Below are positions 20,219 to 29,840 of a stretch of 64,000 bases of DNA, one piece after another. The stretch spans positions 64,001 to 128,000 of the forward strand of contig CAWJEN010000004.1 of NCBI GenBank assembly GCA_963841915.1, given 5' to 3'. The notes beneath the pieces were generated by a model. That model saw only the letters and a list, made by a program, of their open reading frames with translations, had not been told where the DNA came from and ran no database searches. Position numbers and translations under genes: made by a program. Numbering within the stretch: position 1 is the first letter of the stretch; the number at the start of each line of letters is the position of its first letter. Source of the stretch: an uncultured Planctomycetota bacterium (GTDB taxonomy: Bacteria; Planctomycetota; Phycisphaerae; Tepidisphaerales; Tepidisphaeraceae).

Positions 20219-20653
20219 GTGGCAAGTCGCCGATCCAGCTTCGTATCGCATTGCCGCGTGATTGGTGGCACGGTGCTGGTTTGGACGGCGACGCTGGCTT
20301 ACCTGTTGCTCCCAGCTGCAAACGCCGTCCACGCGGTTGCACACACTGCCGAGCATCACGACGAGCATGTGGCGGTCGACGACGTTGCGGATGAACCAGC
20401 TTCATCCCACGGATCCGATTCATCCCACGGATCTGCGTCGCATGAAACACCGTCACACGATCATTCGGATGAGTCGTGTCAGACGTGCTTGCTCCTGACC
20501 AACGCCGGCAGCCTCGCGACGATCGGCATCGTGGCCCCGGCCGTTCTGCCGGACCCGCCGACCTTCGCGGCTGAGTTAGTCATCGTCGAATGCGTTGCCT
20601 GCGACCGTGCCACGCCCGCGCAGCCGCGTGGACCGCCTGCCATTCTTCTTTAA
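20219..20653 (+). CDS. DUF2946-like His-rich CxxC protein with C-terminal RGPP motif (putative metal-sensing leader/arrest peptide)
   Basis: Hydrophobic signal-like N-terminus, 10 His in about 45 residues, CQTC and CVAC, ends PAQPRGPPAILL*. Start at GTG 20219 inferred. Confidence 0.75.
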   Translation: MASRRSSFVSHCRVIGGTVLVWTATLAYLLLPAANAVHAVAHTAEHHDEHVAVDDVADEPASSHGSDSSHGSASHETPSHDHSDESCQTCLLLTNAGSLATIGIVAPAVLPDPPTFAAELVIVECVACDRATPAQPRGPPAILL

Positions 20654-20795
20654 CGTCAGCCGGGCGATTCTGCCAAGGCTGCGTCTGCGTGTCGTTGGTT
20701 CGCCCGAGCCGCTACACGTCCCTGCTGAGCTTGCGTTGGCCGATCACATCACGTGATGTTGCTGCGCCGCTTTCGCCTCTCGTTTGAGACACATC

Positions 20796-21599
20796 ATGAA
20801 CACTCGCCTCCACCGGGCCGGCTTCACGCTGGTCGAGTTGCTCGTCGTCATCGGCATCATCGCGTTGCTCGTCGGCATTCTCCTGCCGACGCTCGCCAGT
20901 GCTCGCGTTTCCGGCCAGGCAGTCGTCTGTGCCAGCAACATGCGACAGCTCGGGACGGCCATCACGCAGTACTGCGATGACAACGGCGAGCGATACCCGC
21001 AGGGCAGACACGATTCGGGGACTAATGCCTGGAATTCGTGGATTCACACGCTCTCGCCATACGTCGGCGATGTCGACGAGATTCGCCTGTGCCCGGCTCA
21101 CGAGCGTGGGCATGAGTGGCTCGACGACAGCAACAACACGCTCACCGTCACGCCTGAAGGCGACTCCTACACGACAGGCAAAGGCACGAGCTACAAGCTC
21201 AACATCTACATCATCGAGCCGGTCGAGCGACAAGTTGGCCTGACCTTCCTCGAGGTGGCTGATTTCACGCGGCGCTCCACGATTCCGAGTTCGACTGAAG
21301 CGATTCTGGCCTTCGAGACGAGCGATCGCATCGTTGAGTACGACGAGGCGGCCGACCACACGCACAGCAACGAATGGTTCTTTTCTGCCGACGCCAATGA
21401 CCGTTGGCAAGCGGTGCTCGACGACATCCAGCCCGATCGTCACGCCACGACCACCACGCCGGATCGCGACGAGGGACGCTCGAACGTCCTGTTCGCCGAC
21501 ACGCACGTCGCCCCGCTGCAGGCGGGCAAGGTCCGGCAGGACATCCGCGACAACTTCAACTTCGCCTACCCGCCCGGCCACCCGACCTCCCCGAACTAG
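20796..21599 (+). CDS. Prepilin-type N-terminal cleavage/methylation domain protein (DUF1559 / H-X9-DG-like)
   Basis: [35 protein letters not shown]-terminal RH...SNVLFADTH; internal DHTH. Confidence 0.9.
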   Translation: MNTRLHRAGFTLVELLVVIGIIALLVGILLPTLASARVSGQAVVCASNMRQLGTAITQYCDDNGERYPQGRHDSGTNAWNSWIHTLSPYVGDVDEIRLCPAHERGHEWLDDSNNTLTVTPEGDSYTTGKGTSYKLNIYIIEPVERQVGLTFLEVADFTRRSTIPSSTEAILAFETSDRIVEYDEAADHTHSNEWFFSADANDRWQAVLDDIQPDRHATTTTPDRDEGRSNVLFADTHVAPLQAGKVRQDIRDNFNFAYPPGHPTSPN

Positions 21600-21605
21600 C
21601 ACGCC

Positions 21606-22607
21606 ATGCGCACCCTCACAACCTCCCTTGCTGTTCTCGCTACCACGACCGCTGCCAGCGCCATCGACATCCGTCTAGCCAGCGGCGTCGTGCCTCTGAC
21701 CTTCGCAGTCGAGACCCAGATCCCCGGCTCGCAGCCGCTCGATAACGCCCACGTCGACGTCCAAACGCCTTACCAGGCAGGCGGCTCGTTCGGCAGCCGC
21801 TACCAGACGGTCGGCACCGAACCCGCAGGCACCCCGGGTGACAGCCACCTTGTTGTCAATCCGACCAATCGTCTCAACCTCGACGCCGGTGGCCTTGCCA
21901 ACTTCGACTTCATCGGCGCGACGCCCGACGAAGATTTCTGGCTCCTGCCCCAGGGGCAAAGGCCCGGCGGGTTGAACTACCTCTACCTCGGCGTTGCCGC
22001 CGACGCCGTCTCGCAGGGGGCCCGCAACGAGATGGTGCCGTGGAATCCGCAGGATGCCCGCGTCTCCAGTACACCTAACCGCTGGATCGAGTGGCAGCTC
22101 AGCGACGTGCAGTCGCCCAGCGGCAACGGTGACTTTGCCGTGTTTCAACTTTCCAGCGGAGGCGGCAGCACCGTCTTCATGAGCACCGTCGACAGCATCA
22201 CCAGCGACGACCAGCTTTGGATGGCAGCCGGCAGCCACGGCCATTACAACTGGTCCTTCACCGAGCAGGGCGTATGGACCGTCGAAATCAGGGCCTTCAC
22301 CCGCGTCGACCTCGATGTCCTGCCGGGCGACGCCAACCTGGACGGCACGGTCAGCATCCTCGACTTCGCCATCCTGCGGGCCAACTTCGGTAGCGGCAAC
22401 AGTGCCTTCAACCTCGGCGACCTCAACGATGACGGCGTCGTCTCGATCCTCGACTTTGCCATCCTGCGGGCCAACTTCGGCACGAGCCTGACAATCAGTC
22501 AGCTCGCAGCCGTGGACGCCTGGTACGCCACCGTCGTGCCGGAGCCGGCTTTAGCCGGAACCCTCCTTCTGGCCGCAGGCGCATCACTGACGCGTCGGCG
22601 GGTCTGA
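21606..22607 (+). CDS. PEP-CTERM surface protein with TIGR03769-like His domain and dockerin-like duplicated Ca-binding repeat
   Basis: Signal peptide; HVD ... WLLPQ ... YLGV ... HGHYNWSFTEQGVWTV; two GDxNxDGxVSILDFAILRANFG repeats; VPEP-TM-RRR. Confidence 0.8.
   Translation: MRTLTTSLAVLATTTAASAIDIRLASGVVPLTFAVETQIPGSQPLDNAHVDVQTPYQAGGSFGSRYQTVGTEPAGTPGDSHLVVNPTNRLNLDAGGLANFDFIGATPDEDFWLLPQGQRPGGLNYLYLGVAADAVSQGARNEMVPWNPQDARVSSTPNRWIEWQLSDVQSPSGNGDFAVFQLSSGGGSTVFMSTVDSITSDDQLWMAAGSHGHYNWSFTEQGVWTVEIRAFTRVDLDVLPGDANLDGTVSILDFAILRANFGSGNSAFNLGDLNDDGVVSILDFAILRANFGTSLTISQLAAVDAWYATVVPEPALAGTLLLAAGASLTRRRV
22356..22480 (+). repeat. 35-bp intragenic direct repeat (22356-22390 and 22446-22480) encoding the dockerin-like pair
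   Basis: ATCCTCGACTTYGCCATCCTGCGGGCCAACTTCGG twice, one mismatch. Confidence 0.85.
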
Positions 22608-22655
22608 TGTTCTGTTATCGCTTATTTCTCAATCCGTCTTCCGGAGACCCTGAAC

Positions 22656-23363
22656 ATGCACGCTTCCACCATCATCGCCCTCGCCGCCGCTTCTGCGGCA
22701 ACACCCGTCCTTGCCCAGACCAACCTTGACGGCGGCCACTTCGACATCGAAGTCGAGACCGTCTTTGGCCCCAACGGAACCGTCGAGGAGATCGAGCTCA
22801 TTCTCGCTAACGAGGACGAGGGCAACCCGCCGTTCCCGTCCATCGGTGAGCTCGAGGCCGACGAGGCCGTTCTCGTGCCCGGCAACATCCGCACGCAAGG
22901 CACCGCACTCGGTGGCATCGCAGCCGGCTCGACCGTCTACTTTGTTCCCGAGCAACAGGACTTCGAAACCCTCTGGCTCGGGATCGGTAGCGAAGAAACT
23001 GGTGCCGGCGTGATCGTCGAAGATCAATACGTCCTGAATCTTGTCGGTTACACCGGCCCGGGCACCTTCGTCGTCAGCCAGGCCAGCCTCGGCGGGCCGA
23101 TCATCAGCATCGACACCAGCGACGGCCTCACAGGCGATGCGCTGATCGCCAGCACCGTCGGTGACAGCCACTACGACTTCGCCTTCGACACCATCGGCAC
23201 CTACGAGCTGACGTTCGAAGCAACCGGCACGCTCACTCCCGCCTTTGGCGGCGGTAATGTCTCGGCAATCTCCACCTACACGTTCTCCGTTGTGCCCGAG
23301 CCGACCACGGCAGCAATGGTCGGTCTTGCCGGCCTCGCCATGCTCCGCCGTCGGCGGGCCTGA
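22656..23363 (+). CDS. PEP-CTERM surface protein with TIGR03769-like domain
   Basis: Signal peptide; LDGGHFDIE ... YFVPE ... LWLGIGSEE ... SHYDFAFDTIGTYELTFEATG; VPEP-TM-RRRR; GGAG SD. Confidence 0.8.
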   Translation: MHASTIIALAAASAATPVLAQTNLDGGHFDIEVETVFGPNGTVEEIELILANEDEGNPPFPSIGELEADEAVLVPGNIRTQGTALGGIAAGSTVYFVPEQQDFETLWLGIGSEETGAGVIVEDQYVLNLVGYTGPGTFVVSQASLGGPIISIDTSDGLTGDALIASTVGDSHYDFAFDTIGTYELTFEATGTLTPAFGGGNVSAISTYTFSVVPEPTTAAMVGLAGLAMLRRRRA

Positions 23364-23375
23364 ATTGCACACGGA

Positions 23376-23449
<74 letters not shown>

Positions 23450-23457
23450 GAAAGAAC

Positions 23458-23489
23458 GGGGCCGCCACTGTAGTCACAGCGGCGGCCCC
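23458..23489. terminator. GC-rich hairpin between the peptidase gene and the tRNA
   Basis: GGGGCCGCCaCTGT-agtc-ACAGcGGCGGCCCC; followed by GTTCTTT on the minus strand. Confidence 0.55.
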
Positions 23490-23511
23490 TGTCACGTGCG
23501 GCCTGCGCGTC

Positions 23512-24840
23512 TCAGCGAAGGTAGTTCCGCCATGCCTGGACGAGGCCTTCGTAGTTGACGCCGTACAGCTCTTGCAGCAGTGCTTCCGTCTCTTCGCCGG
23601 CCTTGATGCGGTCGACCATCTGCACGAACCGGGCCGGATCTTCGTGGTACAAGGCGGCCGTCATCGTGTACATGACCGGGTACAACTCTGCACCAGGCAT
23701 GTAGCTGTCGTCAAACAGCCGCTCGAGGTTGTCGTTGCTGCGGGCGAACTGCCTGGCGGTTTCGATCGCGTTCGGCCGCTGCATGACGTTCTCGGCCAAC
23801 ATCTCGGCCAGCCCTTCGTTCATCCACCGCGGAATGTGGCGTTCGCCTCTATAGCGGGCCAGAAACGCATGGACGAACTCGTGCGTGAGCGTGCGGGCCC
23901 AGCGGATCCGTGCCTGCTGCAGGCCGACCTGATTGGTCGCTGACGGCTTGCTCATGACGAGCTTGTTGAGCCCACCGGGACGCGACGTGTGGTAGCCGGC
24001 AACCGTGTCACTGGCCTCAAACCGATCGAACTCCCGCGCGTAAGCGATCATGTCCTTCGATGAATGAAACATGTAAACGGGCATGCGTCCGACGAAGACT
24101 GTGTCGTCCTCGGCCACGTGAAACTCTCGGGCGAGCAGGGCGTACGCGTCTTCGAGTCGGGCCGTCAGCCACGCGTCGTCGATCGGGTCCCAGTCGGTGT
24201 AGATGACAAAGTGCGGCGTGTAGACCTGGCGTAGCCGCAGATTCAACTGCTTCGAGGCATCGAGCGCCTCGACCTCCGCCAGCCGCTCGGCCTCGGCGGC
24301 CGCTTCAGGAGTCACCGGTAAGAACTTCGGCGGCAGCTCCTGCTCGGGCGGCGTGAGCACCTCGACCTCAGGCAAGGCCGCGTCGGTATCCGGGACGATT
24401 TCGGCAGGTGGAAATCCGCGAAGCGTGTTCAACGGCCGGGCAAGTGCCGCGTCGATGTCTGCCTCTCGATCCGGGGCGAGGCGGCGGGCTCGCGATGCCG
24501 CCCGCGCCGCTTCCTGCTCCGCCCCGATGTCACGACCGAAAACGATCAGCGTGATCCAATCGTCGGCATCTGTCGGCTGGCCCCGCGCCCGCATCACCGC
24601 CAGAAATGCGCTGGAAGGCGAGACGTCGGCCCAGGCGATCTGTCGCTCCTCGCCATTCACGACAAGCGTCATTCCGTCATCATCGATGCCTGACAAGCCG
24701 CCGATGACGCGTCGCGCGTCGGCCGGCTCTGCGGGAAGCGTCACTGCCACCCGGACCGGCGGATCAAAGGTTTGCGGCTCGACACCTTTGGCGGTGCAGG
24801 CGGTGAGCAACACGAACAGCAGGGCGATGCGGAAAGCCAT
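23512..24840 (-). CDS. Secreted gluzincin-type (peptidase MA-like) metalloprotease
   Basis: Signal peptide; THEFVH (HExxH) and PRWMNEGLAE. Confidence 0.8.
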   Translation of the reverse strand: MAFRIALLFVLLTACTAKGVEPQTFDPPVRVAVTLPAEPADARRVIGGLSGIDDDGMTLVVNGEERQIAWADVSPSSAFLAVMRARGQPTDADDWITLIVFGRDIGAEQEAARAASRARRLAPDREADIDAALARPLNTLRGFPPAEIVPDTDAALPEVEVLTPPEQELPPKFLPVTPEAAAEAERLAEVEALDASKQLNLRLRQVYTPHFVIYTDWDPIDDAWLTARLEDAYALLAREFHVAEDDTVFVGRMPVYMFHSSKDMIAYAREFDRFEASDTVAGYHTSRPGGLNKLVMSKPSATNQVGLQQARIRWARTLTHEFVHAFLARYRGERHIPRWMNEGLAEMLAENVMQRPNAIETARQFARSNDNLERLFDDSYMPGAELYPVMYTMTAALYHEDPARFVQMVDRIKAGEETEALLQELYGVNYEGLVQAWRNYLR

Positions 24841-24881
24841 CGTCCGCACTTTACCACGACCGACTACCCTCTGCCGTCACC

Positions 24882-26492
24882 ATGCCGGACGCCGAGCCAA
24901 GCAACATGCCCCGCCTGCCAATGGTGCTGCTCGCGGTCGTTGCGCACGGACTGCTGTCTGTCTTTGCGTACGCACCGTTTGATCAGTTTTATCTGGCCTG
25001 GGTTGCGGTTATCCCGTTGCTGTGGTTGTCGGCAACAGCGACGACGCCGTTGCGGGCGTTCGGCCGCGGCTACCTTGCCGGCTTCACATACTTCTGCGGG
25101 AACCTTTGGTATCTGTGGTTCATCGGCTTCTGGCCGATGCTCGGCACGTTCGTCTACCTCGCCCTGTTCAATGGCCTGTTTGCTGTCGCATGGCGGCCCT
25201 GGGCACAGCGTTCGAGCGTGCTCGTCACCGGCCTGATGGCGGCGGTGATGTGGGTGGCGGTCGACTACCTGCGGGCAATGCTGCCATTCGGGTTGCCATA
25301 CATCTTCCTCGGGCACACACAGTTGCCGCTGCTGCCGGCCGTGCAGATTGCCGACACGCTTGGTGCGTACGGCGTGACGTTCCTGGTCGTGCTCGTCAAC
25401 GCCTCGATCTACTTCGCGTGGAAGCATCGGCGGCAGGCCAAGCCGACTGGCCTCCTTTCTGTCACTACTGGTGTCATCGTCGCGTGCACCGCCTACGGCT
25501 TCCTGCGTCTGGGTGAGCAAGACTTTACCGAGGGCCCGCAAATCGCACTCGTTCAGCCAGACCTGCCGCTGCTGAACACGGAGCCGCCCGACGACGTTGC
25601 CCTGATGGCGTGGTTGATCGACGCCTCCCGCGACGCCGCCGATGCGTCGGAGCTTGACCTTGTCGTCTGGCCTGAATCTTCGACACCGGCGATCAATGTC
25701 GAGTCTCGCCGCTTCGGTCTCGGCGGCGACTACGGCTCACTCATCGCGGTCACGCACGGGGCAATCTCGTCTATCTCGGCAGGCGGACCCGACTTCCTCG
25801 TCGGTGGCAGCTACCGGCTGTGGGAAGTCGATGAGGATCGGCTTGTCCAAGCCGTCGATCGTCGCAATGCCGTTTATCACTACGCGGAGGGGCAGCAGTC
25901 GCAGGACCGTTACGACAAGCGCGCCCTCATGCCGTTCGGCGAATACATCCCGCTGAGCAGCGCGCCGCCGCCATTGTCTTTCGTGTACGACTTCTTCAAC
26001 CTGTTTAACCCCTGGGGCGGCGACTACAGCCTGACACCGGGCAAGCGAGAGGTCGTCTTTGACATCAACGGCACCCGCGCCGTCACGCCGATCTGCTTCG
26101 AAGACATCTTGCCTTGGCGGACGCGAGAAATGGTGTATCAGGACGGGTTCAAGGCGGCGGACCTCATCGTCAACGTCACCAACGACGGATGGTTCCGCGG
26201 CAACCAGATGGCACAACACCTCCAAGCGGCGGCGTTCCGCTCGATTGAGAACCGCGTGCCGATGGTTCGCAGCGTCAACACCGGCGTCAGCGCGTTTGTC
26301 GACCCGGACGGCAGGATCGCCTCGCAGCTTCCCGCCGCCGAGGCCGGCGTGCTCGTCGGACGGCCGATGTTCGACACGCGCACCAGCCCGTATGGTCGCA
26401 TCGGTGACGCGTTTGCTGTCATCTGTTCGACGCTGAGCGTCATCGGAATCATCGGTCTCCGGCTTAAGACTAGGAAAAAGACTCTAGCATGA
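24882..26492 (+). CDS. lnt: Apolipoprotein N-acyltransferase (start may be 24906)
   Basis: Multiple TMs; VVWPES, YDKRALMPFGEYIP, ICFED, NVTNDGWF, RSIENR, RSVNTGVS. Confidence 0.95.
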   Translation: MPDAEPSNMPRLPMVLLAVVAHGLLSVFAYAPFDQFYLAWVAVIPLLWLSATATTPLRAFGRGYLAGFTYFCGNLWYLWFIGFWPMLGTFVYLALFNGLFAVAWRPWAQRSSVLVTGLMAAVMWVAVDYLRAMLPFGLPYIFLGHTQLPLLPAVQIADTLGAYGVTFLVVLVNASIYFAWKHRRQAKPTGLLSVTTGVIVACTAYGFLRLGEQDFTEGPQIALVQPDLPLLNTEPPDDVALMAWLIDASRDAADASELDLVVWPESSTPAINVESRRFGLGGDYGSLIAVTHGAISSISAGGPDFLVGGSYRLWEVDEDRLVQAVDRRNAVYHYAEGQQSQDRYDKRALMPFGEYIPLSSAPPPLSFVYDFFNLFNPWGGDYSLTPGKREVVFDINGTRAVTPICFEDILPWRTREMVYQDGFKAADLIVNVTNDGWFRGNQMAQHLQAAAFRSIENRVPMVRSVNTGVSAFVDPDGRIASQLPAAEAGVLVGRPMFDTRTSPYGRIGDAFAVICSTLSVIGIIGLRLKTRKKTLA

Positions 26493-27490
26493 AGCGACTG
26501 TTTCCCATCGTGTTGGTGCTCGCACATCTCGTCGCGGCCGGATGTCAGTCGGTTGGTGTGTCGGCGAGCGACGTGCCGCTACCGCCGCCGGTGTTGGCGA
26601 CGCCGGTCGATGATGCGCTTGTCGAGCGTGCAGCCGAAGTCGTGCGTGAGGCGGCGGTGTCGCAGGATCCTGCCCGCCGAGCCAACGCCGCCGAGGCCGC
26701 CGAGTCGCTGCCACGTGACGAGGCGGCACAGGTCATCGTGCCGATGCTTGTGGACGAAAATGCCGTCGTTCGTTTCGCGGCCACGCTCGCCGTCGGTCGT
26801 AATCGGCTAAGCGGGCCGGGCGTCAACGACAAGCTGATCGAGCTTGTCCGCGGCGGATCGCCCAACGGCCGCCTGGCCGCAGTCTTTGCCCTGCACCAGC
26901 TCGGGAACACGTCGTTCAGCCAGTCATTGGCCAGGGCGACAAGGGTTAGCGATCCAGTCGTTCGCTCCCACGCGGCCCTGACGCTGGGGCTCACCGGTGA
27001 CCGGTCGGCTACTCGCGTCCTCGAGCCGTTGCTCAAGGACGCCGACGCCCGGGTTCGCCTGACCGCGGCGGAAGCACTGTGGCAACTCGGCAGCGACAAA
27101 GGGCTGAGCCCGCTGCTTGGCGCCAGCGCCAGCGGCTACAGCGACGACAGCGTCATCGGCACCCTCGCCCTTGGTAGTCACCCGGATCAGCGGGCGATCA
27201 CGAGCCTCGAAGGCAAGCTCAGCGACGACTACCCGGAAGTCGCCCTCGCCGCCGCCCGGGCACTTGGGCGGCTCGGCAGCGACCGCGGCTACGTGGTGGC
27301 CGTCGAGCATGCCGACAGCAAGCTGCCGTTGCGACGCGGCCTCGCCGCTGCGGCATTCGGCGACATCGGTCGCACCGACACGCAGCCGTTACTCGACAAG
27401 TTGCTCGACGACGAGAACGAGAACGTCCAACTCATGGCAGCGACGTCGATCCTGCAGATCGCCCGCACCGGCGGCGGGGCGGCTGAGTGA
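26489..27490 (+). CDS. HEAT-repeat lipoprotein
   Basis: LVAAG-C lipobox; repeated VRxxAAxALG units. Confidence 0.85.
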   Translation: MKRLFPIVLVLAHLVAAGCQSVGVSASDVPLPPPVLATPVDDALVERAAEVVREAAVSQDPARRANAAEAAESLPRDEAAQVIVPMLVDENAVVRFAATLAVGRNRLSGPGVNDKLIELVRGGSPNGRLAAVFALHQLGNTSFSQSLARATRVSDPVVRSHAALTLGLTGDRSATRVLEPLLKDADARVRLTAAEALWQLGSDKGLSPLLGASASGYSDDSVIGTLALGSHPDQRAITSLEGKLSDDYPEVALAAARALGRLGSDRGYVVAVEHADSKLPLRRGLAAAAFGDIGRTDTQPLLDKLLDDENENVQLMAATSILQIARTGGGAAE

Positions 27491-27999
27491 TCCGCCTGCT
27501 CGGCATCGACCCCGGCACCCGGCTGACGGGCTACGGCGTCATCGACTACGACCCGAGCAACCCGCTGCGGCCCGACCTCGTCGACGCCGGCGTCATTCGG
27601 CTCGACGCCAAGCAGCCGCTACACGAACGACTGCTCGAGCTCGATCGAGAGCTGGCCGACATCATCGCCGAGCTCAAGCCCCGCGCCGCCGCCGTCGAGG
27701 CGGTGTACGCCCACTATGAGCATCCGAAGACAGCCATCATCATGGCCCACGCGCGGGGCGTCATGCTGCTCGCCTGCGCCCGCGCCGGATTGGCCGCCCA
27801 CGAGCTTGCAGCCAATCGGGTCAAGCAGTCGCTGACCGGTCACGGCCACGCCGACAAGTCGCAGATGCAGCGGGCGGTGCAAGCGCAATGGAACCTGGCC
27901 GAACCACCCGAACCGCCGGACGTGGCCGACGCACTGGCTATCGCCCTATGCCTCGGGCGAAGCGGCGCGGTTGATCATCTGGCGGGTGACCTCACCTGA
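27487..27999 (+). CDS. ruvC: Holliday junction resolvase RuvC
   Basis: LGIDPGTRLTGYG, AVE, ARGV, TGHGHADKSQM, DVADALAIA. Confidence 0.95.
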   Translation: MIRLLGIDPGTRLTGYGVIDYDPSNPLRPDLVDAGVIRLDAKQPLHERLLELDRELADIIAELKPRAAAVEAVYAHYEHPKTAIIMAHARGVMLLACARAGLAAHELAANRVKQSLTGHGHADKSQMQRAVQAQWNLAEPPEPPDVADALAIALCLGRSGAVDHLAGDLT

Positions 28000-29371
28000 G
28001 CACCGACTCGTAAACGCGGGCGACCTCGGTCGCTGCGTCCTGCCACCGCATGCGTCGAACCTCGAATGCGCCGCGCTTGGACAACCCTTCTGCGTACGCG
28101 TCGTCTCCGAGCACCTTCAAGATCGCCTCTGCCATGGCAGCTTCGTCCCAGAAGTCGATTTTGATCACATGCTCGACAGCGCCGGCGAGGCCGCTTTGCC
28201 GTGAGATGATCGTCGGCACGCCGTCACGCATCGCCTCGAGTCCGACCAGACCAAACGGCTCACTCGCCGACGGCATAACAAAAACATCGGCCGCGGCAAA
28301 GAGCTGCCGAACGTCGTCTGGCCGCAGGTGACCGGCAAACAAAAACTGATCAACAATGCCCAGTGACTCTGCCAACCGTCGCGTCGGTTCGGCCTCAGGA
28401 CCAGCACCGGCAATGACGAATCGCGTGCCCGGCTCTTGCTCGAGCACCTTGGCAGCAGCCCGCACAAAGCCCTCGGGATTCTTCTGCTTGGCGAGGCGAC
28501 CAGCGAACATGACGACGCGATCGGCGCCGCCGAGACGCACGCTCCGCTCGACGGCGAACCGCTCGTCAGAGTCGGCGGCGTTGTGCACAACCGTGATCCT
28601 GTCCCGCGAGATCCCGTACCGATCGGCCACCACGTCTGCGGTGAAACTGCTTACGCACACCACCGCGTCGGCCCCGCGTAACCCGTCGGCCTCGGCCGCC
28701 AGCACACGCGGATCGGCCAGCTCACCGGCACGATCGTGTTCCGTCGAGTGGACATGCGCCACGAACGGCACGCCGAGCTTCGCCGCCGCCTCGTGGCCCG
28801 CCTCGAAGGTCAGCCAGTCGTGAGCGTGCACAACATCGAACTTCCGACCCTTTGCGGCGGCGTGTTCGGCGAGCTGAACGGCTGGGCCGGTGAAGTCGCG
28901 GGCATGCTCCGAAGGGTCCGCCGGGGCCGCGACATCGGCGCGGCGCGTCACGGGCCAGCGCCCGCCGGTTGGCCGCGACGGAGTAGCCGTCGGTGCGCTT
29001 GGCATTGCACCACTCGCGTAGGCACCAACCGCTTGCTGCCCGACGCCGCGGAAGCCGACGTTCTCGAACCCGTCGAGGTCGAGCCCGAGATCATCGCCAG
29101 GTTCGTCAGGCTGCATCGGATCGGCATCGCCCGCCGCGAAGCCGCTCTTGCCGGGCTTGGGCATGACGAAAAGCACCTGATCGCCTCGTCGGCTCATCGC
29201 CCGGGTCAGGCCGTAGAGGGCCACACCCACGCCACCGGTCACGTGTGGCGGAAACTCCCAGCCGAACATGAGCACATCGTGCGTGTCCGGCTCGGCCGGC
29301 TTTGCAGGCCGCTGCACGCTGGCATCCATGCCGGCTTCAATTTCGTCCATAGGTTGAGTGAGATTCGACAC
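27992..29371 (-). CDS. Glycosyltransferase family 4 (glycogen synthase-like)
   Basis: MFGWEFPPHVTGGVG, HAHDWLT, HVHSTE, MPSASEPFGLVGLEA. Confidence 0.88.
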   Translation of the reverse strand: MSNLTQPMDEIEAGMDASVQRPAKPAEPDTHDVLMFGWEFPPHVTGGVGVALYGLTRAMSRRGDQVLFVMPKPGKSGFAAGDADPMQPDEPGDDLGLDLDGFENVGFRGVGQQAVGAYASGAMPSAPTATPSRPTGGRWPVTRRADVAAPADPSEHARDFTGPAVQLAEHAAAKGRKFDVVHAHDWLTFEAGHEAAAKLGVPFVAHVHSTEHDRAGELADPRVLAAEADGLRGADAVVCVSSFTADVVADRYGISRDRITVVHNAADSDERFAVERSVRLGGADRVVMFAGRLAKQKNPEGFVRAAAKVLEQEPGTRFVIAGAGPEAEPTRRLAESLGIVDQFLFAGHLRPDDVRQLFAAADVFVMPSASEPFGLVGLEAMRDGVPTIISRQSGLAGAVEHVIKIDFWDEAAMAEAILKVLGDDAYAEGLSKRGAFEVRRMRWQDAATEVARVYESVLR

Positions 29372-29405
29372 GTTCTGCGCAAGCTATGTCAGCTACGGCT
29401 AGACG

Positions 29406-29775
29406 TCAATCTGACTGGTCGTTTCGCATCTCGCGAAGCCGGTCGAGCAGCCTCGTAATTTCCCACTGGGTCTCTACGGGCGCAGTCACGACGAGGCCGC
29501 CTTGGCCGTTGCGTTCGATGGTTGAGGCGCCTTCGACATCCCATTCGGTCGAAGCGACCGTGTCCTTCAGCAACAGGACGACTTCATCTATGTCTGCATC
29601 ATCGTACTGCGGCTCCATCTCCGGTTTGACTAAATCAACTTCCGGAGGGAAGCAGATCATCATCGGGATTCTGAGCATGCTGACGTCATGCAACGAGGAA
29701 GGATGAGGTTGCTCCCTCTCCGACCCCGCGGGCAAGGACGCGGCGAGAGCCAGTACCAAGAGCGTGCAGAGCATG
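29406..29775 (-). CDS. Small secreted protein resembling a secretin N-domain-like module
   Basis: Signal peptide; LLKDTVASTEW..GGLVVTAPVETQWEITRLLDRLR pattern. Confidence 0.5.
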
Positions 29776-29840
29776 AAATGCTGGGTTGTAGACAGTTCTT
29801 CCAGCGGCAGCAAGACCGATTTTCACTCTAGCGGCTTAGC

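Noticed and set aside
22321..22490. Dockerin-like repeat as evidence of a cellulosome, or a CRISPR-like repeat
   Set aside because: Only two in-frame copies; such Ca-binding repeats are common in planctomycete PEP-CTERM proteins; no cohesin or cas genes in the window.
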